Numbered from the stretch's first letter, positions 26,920 to 45,806 are shown. The stretch is DNA of 64,000 nucleotides from Eledone cirrhosa (GCA_964016885.1 OZ024743.1:116312001-116376000); one strand, 5' to 3'. Made by a program: numbers and translations. The notes: generated by a model not told the origin, from the letters alone.

Positions 26920-27805
26920 TCAAACAATTATCTAAATAAATTAAAAGTTTATAATAATCAGCTACTATCTGCGACCTGATTATGCGTGTGTGTCATTTTA
27001 ACGGTTTGGCCCCATGCGTTAGGCAGGAAGCGAAATATTTACTTGCTGTATTACTGGCAACCTTATAGTATGGAAATAAGCTGTCTGAAAACCCATTTCA
27101 TTCCATTGGAAATTCTCAGGATTTCCAATTTTGGGAATGGCCAAACCGTCGGTAACAGCAATAGAACAGGTGATTATTTAAATCGTTTTTTAATTTATTT
27201 AGAGAATTGTTTGATTACCGCTTGCTCCGCTCTTTTTATATTGTTCTGGTATCTCAAATTAGTACCATCGAACCACAACTATTATAAACACCTTGCATAT
27301 GTATATAGGTACTTAGTGCCTGTTGAAGTATTCATCCACTTTTATAATTTTTCTCCTCATGTAGAGAACAAAACGTTGAATAATGCTGCTAATTTTAGTG
27401 GCAGTATCAACAGGTTTATAATAAACAGCTATTATCTGCGACCTGATTTTGCGTGTGTGTCATTTTAACGGCTTGACCGCATACGTTAGGCAGGAAGCGA
27501 AATATTTACTTGCTATATTGCTGGCAACCTTATAGTATGGACATAAGGTGTCTGAAGATCCATTTCTTTCCATTGGAAATTCTCTGGATTTCCAATTTTT
27601 GGAATGGTGAAACCGTCGGTAACAGCAATAGAACAGGTGATTATTTAAATCGCATTTTAATTTATTTAGAGAATTGTTTGATAACCGCTTGCCCCGCTCT
27701 TTTTATAATGTTCTGGTATCTCAAATTAGTACCATCGAACCACAACTATTATAAACACTTTGCATATTCCTATAGGTACTTAGTGCCTGTTGAAGAGTTC
27801 ATCGA

Positions 27806-27812
<7 letters not shown>
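26920..27812. repeat. Tandem repeat, 467-bp period, with short 5' inverted piece
   Basis: gcgacctgat at 26971 and 27438. 26920-26946 is inverted relative to about 27188-27226. Confidence 0.85.
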
Positions 27813-27846
<34 letters not shown>

Positions 27847-27947
27847 GCATGTATTTATATATATATGTATATATATATAATAGGTGTTGGATGCTTAAGC
27901 GTCCGTATGCGGTCGGCCGTATGAGCACTCGATATATATATATATAC

Positions 27948-28011
<64 letters not shown>

Positions 28012-28095
28012 ATGTGTGTATGTGTGTAGATATTTGTAACTTCATTTAGTAAAGAATATATTCTTCATCTCGTTTGTATACACGCATTATTGTCC

Positions 28096-28220
28096 ACTAA
28101 CAGAAAAACCACCCTCGGGTGGTTTTCTGCTAGCATGTGTAGTGTGTATATTGATATTATACGCAAGTATATATACATGTAGATATGATACATCAAATAA
28201 AATCGTAATTGACAATATAA
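28096..28220 (-). mobile_element. Second copy of hairpin-ended Helitron-like repeat
   Basis: Reverse-complement similarity to 1600-1709. Confidence 0.5.
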
Positions 28221-28562
28221 ACAGAAATTGAACGAAGACGTTGTTACACTGTCTTATTTAATCAGTTTTATGTAATGAATGATACATGAAAAAAAGACGA
28301 TATTATATACAAACTGCATTAGGAGAAAATTAGTGACAGAAAATTAGTATGTTTGTTTAAGTGATCGCCACCGGAAGTGTTGACATCACACACTCTCTCT
28401 TTGTATATATATGGTAGTTGAAGTGGTGGTGGTGGCAACGATATACCGGAAGTGAAACTTTGAAATGAAGTCAATTTTAAATTATTTATTTTTAGGAGAT
28501 TATTTTTGTTTACGAAATTTAGTAGAAAAATTATATAACATTCATTCATTATTTATTAAAAG

Positions 28563-28758
28563 CAAATGCGTTGGATTGGCAGTATCGCTAGAGGATCGGA
28601 CGCCATGCTTTGCAGCAAAGATTTACGGCCCTTTATGGTTTGAGTTCAAATCCCGCCGAGGTTAACTTTGCCTTTCATCCTTACAGGTCGATAAAATAAA
28701 GTACCAGTAATACACTGGGATAATTGCTGGCCTTATGCCAAAAGTAGAAACAATTATT
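28563..28758 (+). mobile_element. Octopod-type SINE
   Basis: A-box-like tggcagtatcg, B-box gagttcaaatcc, conserved core. Confidence 0.85.
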
Positions 28759-29446
28759 TATTCAAAGCAATCCAACTTATTTTACTAACAGGATAAATAA
28801 AAGTAAACCGTACGCAGTCCCGCAGACCTTCCATTATTATTCTTTAGATTGAGCAGCAAATATGTACAGTCACATCGAAATGATCTCAATATATTTTTTT
28901 TACTAAATATAGTGATAGATTATTTATAACAATTTGTGTGTTTAATATTACCGATTCCAAGGTTCACTTTGCCCATCTTCAAATAAACATTTGATTAATT
29001 TTCATCCGATTGTTAGTAACCTAATTTTCACATTTTCTTGAAACAACGACGCTATTTCTCGACGAGTCATCTCAAAATGTGTCACAGAGATACAGACCCG
29101 TCTATGGATCTGTATAAATGATAATGCTTTGATCCTGGAATTCTTAAGGATATTGTAGAAAGTATGAATATTTTCGGTGGAAATATGGATGTGTATATGC
29201 AGTTATTTTTTATATATATATATAAATGGAAATGAAAAAAAAAAAAAAAAAAGGTGACGTGGTTGCCTAAACACTGTATGGCGTAATTCGGGCTATTTGT
29301 TTGTTTACAAACAAACAAACCGAAAATTATAATAAATGTTCGGCGAACCGATACGTGCATATATATATGTGTGCATGTATGTATATATATACATACTACT
29401 GTACGTCTGTATACATATATGTATGTACGTATACATACATACTTAC

Positions 29447-29484
<38 letters not shown>

Positions 29485-29545
29485 ATATATATATATCAAC
29501 TTCATACACACACATCCACCCATATATATATATATATATATATAG

Positions 29546-29830
29546 TGGAGGTGCGTAGCCTAGTGGAAAGGGTCTTGGATCATAACGTTGTGGGTTCGAT
29601 TCCTGGTTTGCTTGTTGTGTTATTGAGCAAGGCCCTTCATTTCACGTTGCCCCAGTATACCTACCTGAAAATGAGCACCAGCAATAGCCTGGGGTCTAAC
29701 CATGTGATGCTGTGATGGCCTGGCGTCCTGTCCGTCGCAGGGTTAAAGTGTACTATCAGTCGCTTTACGCATTGAAACCGGAATAAGCACCGGCCAAATG
29801 AGCCTTCTGGTTTAAGACAGATTTTAAAGT
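29546..29830 (+). mobile_element. tRNA-derived SINE (different family)
   Basis: A box tagcctagtgg, B box ggttcgattcc, then ttgagcaaggc..ttcacgttgc central domain. Confidence 0.75.
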
Positions 29831-30638
29831 TTAGATATATATATACATGAATGTGTGTGCGTATATGCATTGAAGCGTGTGCAGTTGTTTTACGCATAAA
29901 ATAATTAACTTAGTTTAAAATCACGTACAAGTTGCGTCCATTTCATTTAAGTGGAGCATCGAATACTATCTATTTAAGAGACATTAAAATGTATAATATA
30001 CCTGATAACACATATAAGTTTATATAGATTTGTTACATTCAGGCATAACTTCGTATCTTATCCATGTCTATCCTTTTCAGAAAACACTGTAAATAGGACT
30101 CCACGTTCTCTGTATGAGAAATTTTATATATTTTAATATGTCAATTAAATAGATAGCACCAGAAGCTAAGCTTAAGGGAAATAGAGTAAATTATTTCGTG
30201 CTTAGAAGTACTATAGTTTTATTACTCACGAAAGAACAATAAAACAGAGATACGATTTGGCCTGAAAAAGGCGATCTGTTAACACAAACGTCTCTCATGG
30301 TGTAGCTCTGATGTATCCATTCAAAACATTGTATATAAAGAAATATACCAAGATAATCACAATTCTAAACAAATAGGAGTAATATAACACGTACACACGT
30401 GCCAGTGTATGTATGTGTGTGCGCTTCTGTGTGTATGTCTGTGTACGCGCGCGCGTTATTTTATTCATTGTTAACTGTATGAACATTGATTATAACGATA
30501 TATTTCTTTATTTCGTATTAAATGAATTACGCTACATAACTATAATCAGCAGAGTACAGAAATGTTTTAAGGGTAAAATAATTACTGGAGATATTGCATG
30601 TACTTAATAGATTATGGACACTTCCATGTTCATATAAT

Positions 30639-30670
<32 letters not shown>

Positions 30671-30939
30671 GTAATAATAATAATAATGATTTCATTTATT
30701 GGCTACAAGGACCGACATATAGGGGACAACACAATAGACAGGGACAGTGGGGGTTTACATAGAGATCGAGTAAGTATAAATAACAAAAAACAAAATAACA
30801 ATAAAAATACAACAATGAAAGTTCCCCAATAAGAGGGATCACCACCCAGGGTTGACTCAAGCACCCCACCAGTCCTGAGCCACCCGACGCTCCTAGGGCA
30901 CCCGGGAAGGGCACCCCTCTCCTTCTCGAAATCACCAGC

Positions 30940-33900
30940 CTACAGGCGCATGATCAGAGTAGGCCCACTCACGCGGGCCATTCTCGCCACATTCACCCAC
31001 CTTTCAGTAAATGTACTGGGGGGCAGCACTTCTCTCTCCACCCTCACCTTCCTTTCCAAGTGAAACTTGAAGAAGTTGATGAGGGATTGGCCGAAGAGAA
31101 AAGTGTCTGTCTTCAGTCCTTTCAACCTGGTCCACCATGCAACCTCTTTCGCTACTGCCACCAGGCAGAGGAAAATTGCCTGCCCTTCCTGACCAAAAGA
31201 AGGCGGCGGGTCAATCTTCACTATGGACTCGGACGATAGCCGGATCCGTTCTACACGCGACAATAGCTGTTCGACATAACCCCACAAGTCAGCAATGCAC
31301 GGACACTGGACGAGTGCGTGCAGAACGGTTTCGTCGCTCTGCGCGCATCTCGGGCAGGTTCGTCTGACAGCACTTCCGTGCCTGTAGAGTTTATCCCGAA
31401 CCGGCAGCGCCCCCCAGTAGCACTGCCAAGCGAGGGATTTCTGGAAGTTATCCATCGTCCCCGGCTCGAAAGTCCCCCGGAACATACTGGTCAGTTCTAC
31501 TTCGTTGACGCCTAGAGCCTCTCCTAGTACGTCATCGTACTTGCCCTCACTAATCCTCTATAGAAATCTTGAGTGGAAGTTCCACTGACCGCATTGCCCA
31601 CCTTGCAGAGTGCAGTGAGCGCCTGGCAACATTCCAGATGCCAGTCGCCCAGTCTCGGTCTCTTCTTGACCCAGGACTGCAGCTCAGTCAAAGAGATGAG
31701 CTGCGGAAAGGCCCGTCTAACAAACGGCGACCACACCTGTTCACCGTTTAGGCAAAATATCTGGAGATGTCGCAGCCTCAACGCATGTCTGCGCATCATT
31801 AGCCACGGCATGCCCAGCCCTCCACGAAGAGGGTGCTAGCAGCAGATGGACCGCCTCACCAACGGGATCCGTCCCCTCCACATAAATTTGAAAAGGAGCC
31901 GTTCCAAATTGGCGAGGCGTGGACGTGAGCAAGGCACGACGGTCAGGCGGTAGTAGATGACGGACGCGATGTACGCGTTCGCCACCTCCGCCCGCCCTTT
32001 CAGTGATAGCTTTCTCTCAGCCCATTTCTGGGTGAGGTTGGCTATCCTGCTCGTCACCTCGTCCCAATTCTTATCCACCTGGAGGTCAGGTCCGAACCAA
32101 ACCCCGAGCAACTTTACCGGTCCGTCTGTCCAGCGCCCAACGACGCTGTTGGACGGCATGGACTTGCCTCTCCAGGTGCCGAGCTGCAAGCCCACCGACT
32201 TTTCCGGGTTAAGTTTTGCTCCCGTCAACCTTTCATTTTCCTCCAAATGGGTGCGGATCACCTCGATTTCCGAGGTGTCCGACACCATCACGGTGATGTC
32301 GTCCGCATAAGCGGACGCAGCCTTTCTGCGTCCCGGTTCGAGCGGGATGCCCTGCAACAACTCCAGCTTCCGCAGTAGAGGCTCAAGAGTCAATACGTAC
32401 AGAAGTGAGGAGAGAGGGCGCCCTTGACGGACCGATCGAGAGATCTGAAACGGTTCCGAGAGGTGGCCATTAACTTTGACCACCGAGCAGATGCCGCTGT
32501 ACATTGCAACGATCCAGCTTCTGAAGACGGGGCCGAAGCCAGCCGCCTCGAGGACAGCCTCCAAGTACCGATGGTCGACCCTATCGAATGCTTTCGATTG
32601 ATCTAAATTGATCAGAGCCCCACCGAAGCCAGGTTTGCACCCAACCCTCTCTATGATGTATCGCATGAGGTGGAAGTTGTCGTGTATGGACCTGGTTGGG
32701 ATTGCACAAGTTTGCGCCTCCCCAACAAAATCTTTGACGACCAGCGCCAACCTTTTCGCTAACACCTTGGCCAAAATCTTAAACTCTGTGTTGAGCAGGG
32801 TTATGGGCCTGAAATTATCTAGTGTGTCCCTCTTGTTCTCGTCTTTCCTTATCAGCGTCACTACGCCACGGCTCACAGAACTGGGAATGCTCCCGTTCTG
32901 CTGCCAGTTGCAGTAGAGCGCTTCGAGGAGATCGGAGAACAAGTCTGGCATATTTACGTAAAGCTCGTAGGGGAGACCATCCAAACCGGGTAACTTGCGA
33001 CTCGAGCAGCCGACAAGGGCGTCCTGAATTTCGACTGATGTTATCGGCTCTTCGCAGCGCTCAGCGTCGGCCGTCGAGAGGCGTGGCAAGCCGTCGAGGT
33101 AGGGACTGAAGTCCGCCGCCGTCTCCGACTCACCCATCTTCCCGAACAGTCGAGCAAAGTGCTGGCGAAAGGCCTCACACATCTGCTTGGAATCGCTCAG
33201 TTCGTGTCCATCTCGATCCGTCAAAGACCGAATTGTGGTTTTATTTCCACGCTGCGTCTCTGCAAAGCAAGCCCATCGGGCAGCTTTGGTTCCCTCGTTC
33301 CTCAGAGCACGCGCCTTAGCTCTGACAATGCAACCTTCGTGTTTCGCATTGAAGAAATGGTCTAGTGCCATCTCGCCGCTAGCACGTCTGTTGCAATGCC
33401 ACTACAAATAGCCTCGTCTAACTTAGCTATCAGCCCCTCCTCCTTTCTATTTTTCTCTATTGCTACTTCTTTGCTAAATCCTATCGAGGTTGCTCTAATC
33501 TCTCTTTTCAGAGCCACCCACCACCTGTTGTTGACAACCCCACCTGTCAACTTTTGCTTAACTAAGTTGTTGACCCGGTCCCTGTAAGCTTTACGTGCCG
33601 GAAACGACATGTTTAGCTTCCAGTAGCTAGGTCCTAACCTACGTGTCTTATCTAGGTCGACCATACAGATCACAAGCTTGTGATCTGAATAGGCAACCGT
33701 TTTAAAATGTGGACATCCTACACTATTTCTATCTCTTTTCCTAATGAAAATCCTATCTATGTACGATCTAGATGACCCTATGCGATTGGTCCAGGTCCAT
33801 ACTGGCTCATTAGGGAAATCTAGTCGGTACCTGTCAGACAGTTGAAACTGGCTGATCAGGTACTTGAGGCTTTTGCATCCCCCGCTCCTATCAGATACTC

Positions 33901-34357
33901 CCACACAATCCCAGCGTGCTTCTAAGATGCCATTCCAATCCCCTATTAACAGTAAAGGGCGAGACGTAAGCAGAAAGTTTTCCAGGCGCCTAAAGAAGTC
34001 CAGCCGACCGGCCCCAGTAGGGGCGTAGACGGCCACCAGTCTAAAGGCACCACCTTCGCCATTGCTCACGTCCAGGACCACCAACTTTCCGTCAGGATCC
34101 CGGAAGATTGACCTTACCTCGAGATCCAGACATTTCCTAAACAGCACAGCCACTCCACCTCCCATTCCCGGCCGACTAACAGATGCAAAGATCTGATAAT
34201 CGTCGAAAATCGGCGCCAGTGCGCGTGTGTCGGAAATTCTGGTCTCGCTGATGGCAATTACATCCATTCCTAGTGACCTGAGGTCGTTGAGCAAGTGACC
34301 TTGCTTCCAGGGCGACCCCAGGCCACGAACATTTAAACTTCCTACTCTTATGGCCAT
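30940..34357 (-). pseudogene. LINE ORF2: APE endonuclease, reverse transcriptase, C-terminal Cys/His domain
   Basis: SLNVRGL, GDWN, SDH; PGLDGLP, NFRPITLLN, DQSKAFDRV, YADD; CPRC..ETVLHALVQC. Frameshifts at about 33370 and 31525, in-frame TAG at 31836-31838. Confidence 0.93.
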
Positions 34358-34386
34358 GCTGGCAGGATGAATGGGAGAGGAAAGGT

Positions 34387-36297
34387 TTACTTACCTTCCG
34401 GGGTCTTGTGAAGGTCGGGTGGTTCGACCTCCATGGTTTGTGGGGTTTCTTTTGGGAACCCCTTTAATAGTCTTGAAGTGGGTTTTACGTTCGGGGTTCC
34501 CACATCCCGAGGAAAGCTCTTTCGAATTTCTTTGTATGAAGCGAGCGACATTCGCATCAGAAGCAAATTATCTGGTACGCGAAATGTGCTCGCTTCAAAT
34601 GTTTCCCCCTCTTTTTCGATGTTTGTGCTTCGTGCTACATGGGCCATCAATTCCTTGTTGGCCCTTCTGGCAAGCACGAAGTTTTTAATGTTTTGTTGCT
34701 CGGGTTTTATTTGTTCGTGTGATTGTGGTGGTGATAGCTTTGTTAGTGTTGTTTCTATTGTGTCTGCGTTTGTTGTGGGTGGGGTGTCTGTAGTTTCTGA
34801 TGTTTGTGTGTCTATTTGTTCTTGTGTCTGTTTAGCTTGTTTGCGTTTGGGGGATTTTGGTGGTTGTGTTGGTGATGCTGTGGGGAAAATGTTTGTGTGG
34901 GTGGTGTGTGTATTTTTTTTTGTGGGGGTGTTTGTGCTTTGTGGATTGCTTTTTTTTTTGTGTTTTGTTTTTTGTATTTTGGGGGACTTTGGTTTTCCCT
35001 CATCTTCACTGCTGGAGGATGAGGGGTCTGTGGCTGTGAGCGTGTTTGTGTCTGAGTGAGTGTTTATGTTCTTGTTCGTGTGTGTATTTTGGGGGGGAGG
35101 GGGAATGGGAGAGCTTTCCTCGTTTCCCCCCTGGGTGTGCAATTTTGGTGGTTCCATTGTTGACGGTGTTGCTGGTGGTCCTTGTCCCGGCGTCGCCAGC
35201 AGTGGAATCTTTCGACCCCTTGCGCTTTTCGGCAGTTGAGGGCAGAAGGCTCGCAAGTGTGTCGTTTCCCCACAAAGGAAACAATGCGGCCTTTTGCCCT
35301 CAGTCATTATATGCAACACCCTCCCGTTTTGGAGGCGGATGTGGTCCGGGATTGCTTTTACGTTTTCGGGTCTGATTTGGAGCAGTATCTCCAGATCAAC
35401 CCCGGACCAGTCGTCCCTGGCAGTTCTCGTTGCCTCTACCGGGACTGTATCCGTTCCTTCCACGATTACGCAACCCAGGAACCACCACATATCAAGTCCT
35501 GGTGGAATCCTGGAAATGCGCACACGTGCTATTCGTTTTCCCATGTGGGAGGGGTACATTATGACCTTGCTGGTTTTGCAAGGGGTCATTGAATGCTTCA
35601 CAGCGAGGGCTTCAGACTTGAACAGCACCGAAACGGTGCCGTATTGCCTGCCCCTCTCTATGAAGTCTGTGTCCTCTCTGATGTATTTCAGTGCGGCTTC
35701 TATATCAGCTTGGGCGATTATCGCTGCCCTCTTTGTCTCTACTGAGATGCATCTGAAATGCACCGTTCTTTTTTCCACTGCCTCAATGGCTTCTGCCGGG
35801 ACAGTTAAGTTTGCTCAGGTCTGCTCTTGATTTATGATTTTCCAGGCCTGGGCCAACTTTTCCTCTCTGTTGGTTAAGTGGATGCTGTAGCATGGTCTCC
35901 TTTTAGCCGCTGCCACAGCAGCGAAGGTGTTCTTGTTGGTGTTGTCACTGTTGTTGTTCTTGTTGGTGTTGCTGCTGCTATTGCTGTTGTTGTTCTCCCC
36001 TGTGTCGTGGTTAAACTCTGTGCTGTTGGCCTTGTTGGTGCTGCTGCTGTCGCTACTATTACTCTCTGTGCTGTTCGTTTTGTTGGTGCTCTCGCTATTA
36101 CCACCTTCTGCGCTGTTCGGCTTGTTGGTGTTGGTGTTGTCGCTGTTACCACCTTCCGCGCCGCTCGGCCCGTTGGTGCTGGCACTGTCGCTGCTCACAC
36201 TCGTGCTGATGGCGCTCCTCGCCCCACCTCTCCTCTCAACGCTCAAGTCGCCGTTGCACGACAGCAGACCCGCCTCTAGGGGGCGTGGCTCCGCCAT
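34387..36297 (-). pseudogene. LINE ORF1 with CCHC zinc knuckle, one in-frame TGA
   Basis: ORFs 35815..36297 and 34387..35778 share a frame across TGA 35815-35817. CFLCGETTHLRAFC knuckle. Confidence 0.85.
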
Positions 36298-36696
36298 GTT
36301 TTTTTGAGAAAAAAAATTATTATTTTTCCAAAATAAAGTTCAAATATTTGGGCCAAAAGGCCCAAATATTATGAGTTATTCCTTCACAGGATACAAATGA
36401 ATGTCTTATAATGCTTCAGCGGTACAAAAAAATAAACAATTCTCCACAATTAATCCTCAAAAAATTGCTTACTCACGGAGCTTCAAAAAACGTACATCCA
36501 CTTTCGTCAATAATAATAATAATAATAATAATACATTTCAGAAGATCGCGTTAAGGTTGAAAGCAGCGATTCTTTGATTTAACTTTAATCTGTTATTTTA
36601 ATATATATATATATATATAAGCGGTGAGCATTTTTAGCACTGCATGTATATATAAGTATATTCATGCAGTATGTATATATCTAAATAATAAATGTA

Positions 36697-41073
<4,377 letters not shown>

Positions 41074-41179
41074 ATAATATTTATACTTATATATACACTA
41101 TATATAATTATAAACAGGACCTTATTACCAGTAATAAAATTACCTCAATGTAAATACATTAGTTGTTTTACAGAGCCGG

Positions 41180-41452
41180 AATAATCAAAATTGTGTTCAA
41201 AATATTTTATTGCTGACCATCGTTTCTTCCAAAATTTCGTTTGGGTTCATCGGAGCACTAGCAAATCTTCACTCTTTAAATATGACACTGTTAATGTTAA
41301 TACTAACCTCTACATATCTTTATAATTGTACTGTGAATAGGAGGTTAATTATATGTCTAAATTTTGCTAGTGCTCCGATGAAATTCAAACGAAAGTATGC
41401 AAGAAACGATTGTCAGCAATAAAATGTCTTGAACATAGTTTTGATTATTCTG
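41180..41452. repeat. Fold-back element with CCGATGA hammerhead-like motif (41371-41418 plus)
   Basis: Arms 41180-41267 and 41360-41452. tgct CCGATGA...GAAAC gatt GTC agca. Confidence 0.65.
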
Positions 41453-41521
<69 letters not shown>

Positions 41522-41733
41522 GAAATGTCGATGAATAACATGGTCGGCAGTTATTCTTCAAACTTTCACTATTGACTCTAAGAATAACCTGTGTAGGAAT
41601 TCTCGGGAACTCGCTACATAACTATGGAATCCTCTTGTTGAGTCAAACAATACCGTGCCTTACGTTAAAACTATCCACAACACCGACTACTCACAACCTT
41701 TAATTGGATTACCTATAATGACAACTTGTTATC

Positions 41734-41800
<67 letters not shown>

Positions 41801-41807
41801 CATATAT

Positions 41808-42162
41808 ACAATATTAAATAAATGGAAACTATATTTATAAAACCATATTTATTTCATTATATATATTTCGGGGATATCATATTAACAATATGCTGCCAGC
41901 TTAAACCTCTTCAAATGGAAGTCGGTGTTGTAACGGTATGTCGAATCTATTTATGTATAAAACTGTTTATATTGTATTTTGTCATAGCATATTGTTAATA
42001 TGATATCCCCGAAATATATATAATGAAATACATATGGTTTTATAAATATAGTTTCCATTTATTTAATATTGTAAATATACTCCAAATATTTGTCGAGTGC
42101 TTTTATATCAGTTATAAATATTTACTAGTTGTAACCCAACAATTTTAAATATAACTTTCCAT
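41808..42162. repeat. Fold-back repeat; family also at 12985-13255 and 26535-26690
   Basis: 41808-41892 is inverted to 41988-42072. Shared gaaatatatataatgaaata..tatggttttataaatatagtttccatttatttaatat. Confidence 0.8.
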
Positions 42163-42193
42163 GTATATACATATATATATATAAATATATATA

Positions 42194-42270
<77 letters not shown>

Positions 42271-42275
<5 letters not shown>

Positions 42276-42570
42276 AGGTCAACTTTTTTTTTCACCTGGG
42301 ACTGAAAGGTCACCAGTTGTTGTCACAACACCTTTCTGGGAGAGGGAAACTCTGATGTTGACTAGTTCTCCTTTTCCGGTAGTGTTTTCGATGCTCAGAG
42401 AGTGGGATTGGTCGATTGCAAGGCCTTTCCCCACTTAAAAAACCTTCAAAGCACAATCATTGCTTGTTTAGCATATGTTACAGGTTTGTGAGGCTGGCCG
42501 TAGCCTAAAAGTGCACCAATCTCTATAATCTGACGAGCAATTTCAATATTCTACCAGAGTTTGCAGCCAT
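42271..42570 (+). mobile_element. RTE-like 5' UTR fragment
   Basis: Similar to 62700-63295 (minus). ggagagggaaactctga motif. Confidence 0.5.
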
Positions 42571-42838
42571 CATATATATATATACACGAATATATGTCGC
42601 GTTGAAATTTGTTTGTGTGAATCAATGTGCAAACAAACTATATATGGAAGGTTGCTAACCAGAGTATTTTTCTCGAAATGGTCGTTGCAGGAGGTACAGT
42701 AATAGTCTAGTTGGCGAGTTGAATGTGCAGTATCCGACTGGAAGATCACGGAGTAATTATGAATTTAAAGGTATATGAAAAGCAAACCACTAGACAAGAA
42801 GTAAAGGTTAGGGGAGAAAGATTTATTTAGAGTCCGTT

Positions 42839-42940
42839 CTTTAACATATGTTTCAATACAATATCAGTCTACGGGCGTTAATTGCATATTTCTATGCTCA
42901 ATCACAAGCACTACAAAACATATTGCACTTCATCAGAAAG
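42839..42940 (-). ncRNA. Type I hammerhead
   Basis: Reverse complement: cttt CTGATGA agtgc...gtatt GAAAC atat GTT aaag. Confidence 0.72.
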
Positions 42941-43166
42941 CGTATAGTGTTCATAATTCAAGCTGAGGTCGCTGCCTCTTGCAATAAGGATTTTCGGATT
43001 GCTCTCTACTCGGACCTAAACTATTAGAGATGAAGCAGAAAAGGTAGCGGTCGGAGAGACAAGATGAGTAAAGTAAGCAACAATTATATAAAATGAGCGA
43101 GGTCAAATAAAACAAAATAATAACTTAAAAGGGTGTACATTTACATATACACATATAATATGTACA

Positions 43167-43206
<40 letters not shown>

Positions 43207-43256
43207 CACACACTCACACACATATCTATCCACACACACGTATATACACACGTACG

Positions 43257-43296
<40 letters not shown>

Positions 43297-43449
43297 TGTG
43301 TGCTTATTTGTATATATGTGTTTGTATATATGTGTATGTATGTGTCCATATATGTGTATATATATGTATATATACACACATACATATATATATATACATA
43401 TGTGCACACATACAAACACATATATATACATACACATATATACAAATAT

Positions 43450-44255
43450 GCACACAGATATATACACCCATAAAGAAAGGGGTGTTGAAGGCTAATAAGC
43501 AGTGAAAATGGAAAGTTAAATAGCGAATAGGTTAGTAAATTGGAAAGGAAGGGTTATATAAGTGGCCAGTGAAGTAAACGAGACAGGGTGGGGGGATATC
43601 GCTGGTGGAAGCATCTGTAATAGATAAGTTAAAGAGTAATGACAGTAATAAACGTTTTCCTACCAGGTTAACCACAGAGGAAAAAATAGATTGGGGAATC
43701 CATTAGTATGTAAATTAGCAGCATAAGATCCTGGAAGTTAGAGGCTGGGTAAGAGCTATAGGTAGAGTGGAAAGTAAGATATAGGATCGAACCTAATGCT
43801 AGTCATAGAGGAAAGTATTGTATTAAATATGCAGTTAAAGGGGCTGAGACGAAACATGTTATAGGATTAGGTTATCTAGATAAGACAATAGATATTATGC
43901 TAATCAGGGTGGTACCTGGGGAAGGTACGTAAATCCCTGTGATGGTAAATAAAAATCCTGTCCTGACGTGCGTTTAACAGATCTGAGACAGACATAATCT
44001 CCATTACCCCCATCACACAAATGTCGCAAGTGAGCCTTTCATTTTGCTATGGGCGTGCGAATCTTAATACGGATCTGGAGAAAATATATTCCGTATTGTT
44101 TTCTTTCAAGTCCAAATTGTCAACATGGGGATTCTGGGATCATTGGCCACTTATATGTCACTTCTCTTACAATTTAGTAACCTAATCGCTATTTAACTTT
44201 CCATTCTCACTTATTATTAGTCTTCAACACCCTTTTCTTTATGGGTGTATATGTC
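43450..44255. repeat. Fold-back element
   Basis: 43455-43570 is inverted to 44143-44255. Confidence 0.8.
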
Positions 44256-44339
44256 TGTGTGTGTATGAATATATATGTGTATGTATATATGTGTATGTAT
44301 GTATATATATATTATGTATATATATATACATATGTGTAT

Positions 44340-44450
44340 TAGTGTAATCGTAGCACAGTGGTCTGGATAACAAAGATGTGGGTTCGACTCCCATGTAGGG
44401 CAAGACTCATCTTTTTCCATTTCTCCGAGGGTTATAAACCCCACTATCAG
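44340..44450 (+). mobile_element. tRNA-like SINE head
   Basis: tagcacagtgg A-box and ggttcgactccc B-box. No full cloverleaf. Confidence 0.45.
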
Positions 44451-44564
44451 GCTAGAAATTTCTTTAGTCTAAATTACGGTGAAAGCTTATAATTTCTAAT
44501 TTCTAATTTCAAACTCGCGCACCGTTTCAAAAACATACTTACATGTTTACGTTTATGATTTGCT

Positions 44565-45470
<906 letters not shown>

Positions 45471-45566
45471 TATATATATATGTAGGAGGTGAGTTTTATT
45501 GTAGTACAATAAAGCAATGCAAGTATCGGATAAGTAGTACAACAGTTTGTAGGAATGGAGTATAAA

Positions 45567-45752
45567 TAATTGTTTCTACTTTAGGCACAAGGCCAGCAAT
45601 TACCCAGTACATTACTGGTACTTTATTTTATCGACCCCGTAAGAATGAAAGGCAAAGTCAACCTCGGCGGGATTTGAACTCAGATCGTAAAGGGACGTAA
45701 CTATGCTGGAAAGCATGGCGTCCGACCCTCTACCGATACTGCCAATCCGACA
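45567..45752 (-). mobile_element. Octopod-type SINE
   Basis: Reverse complement of the 28563 family. Flanked by duplicated gaatggagtataaataat (45552 and 45756), a likely TSD. Confidence 0.88.
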
Positions 45753-45806
45753 ATCGAATGGAGTATAAATAATATAAGATCAAAAGATGGTTAAAAGAGT
45801 TCCAAG

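Larger units (their letters stand above)
30688..36508 (-). mobile_element. Near full-length Tx1/L1-clade LINE (about 5.8 kb)
   Basis: 5' UTR, ORF1 (CCHC), ORF2 (APE-RT-zf), AATAAA at 30695-30700. (ATT)n on both flanks. Confidence 0.93.

Noticed and set aside
31137-36307. Plus-strand ORFs over the LINE
   Set aside because: Antisense shadows of GC-richer ORF1/ORF2.
44340-44400. tRNA gene
   Set aside because: A/B boxes are present but acceptor and anticodon stems do not pair. SINE head at best.
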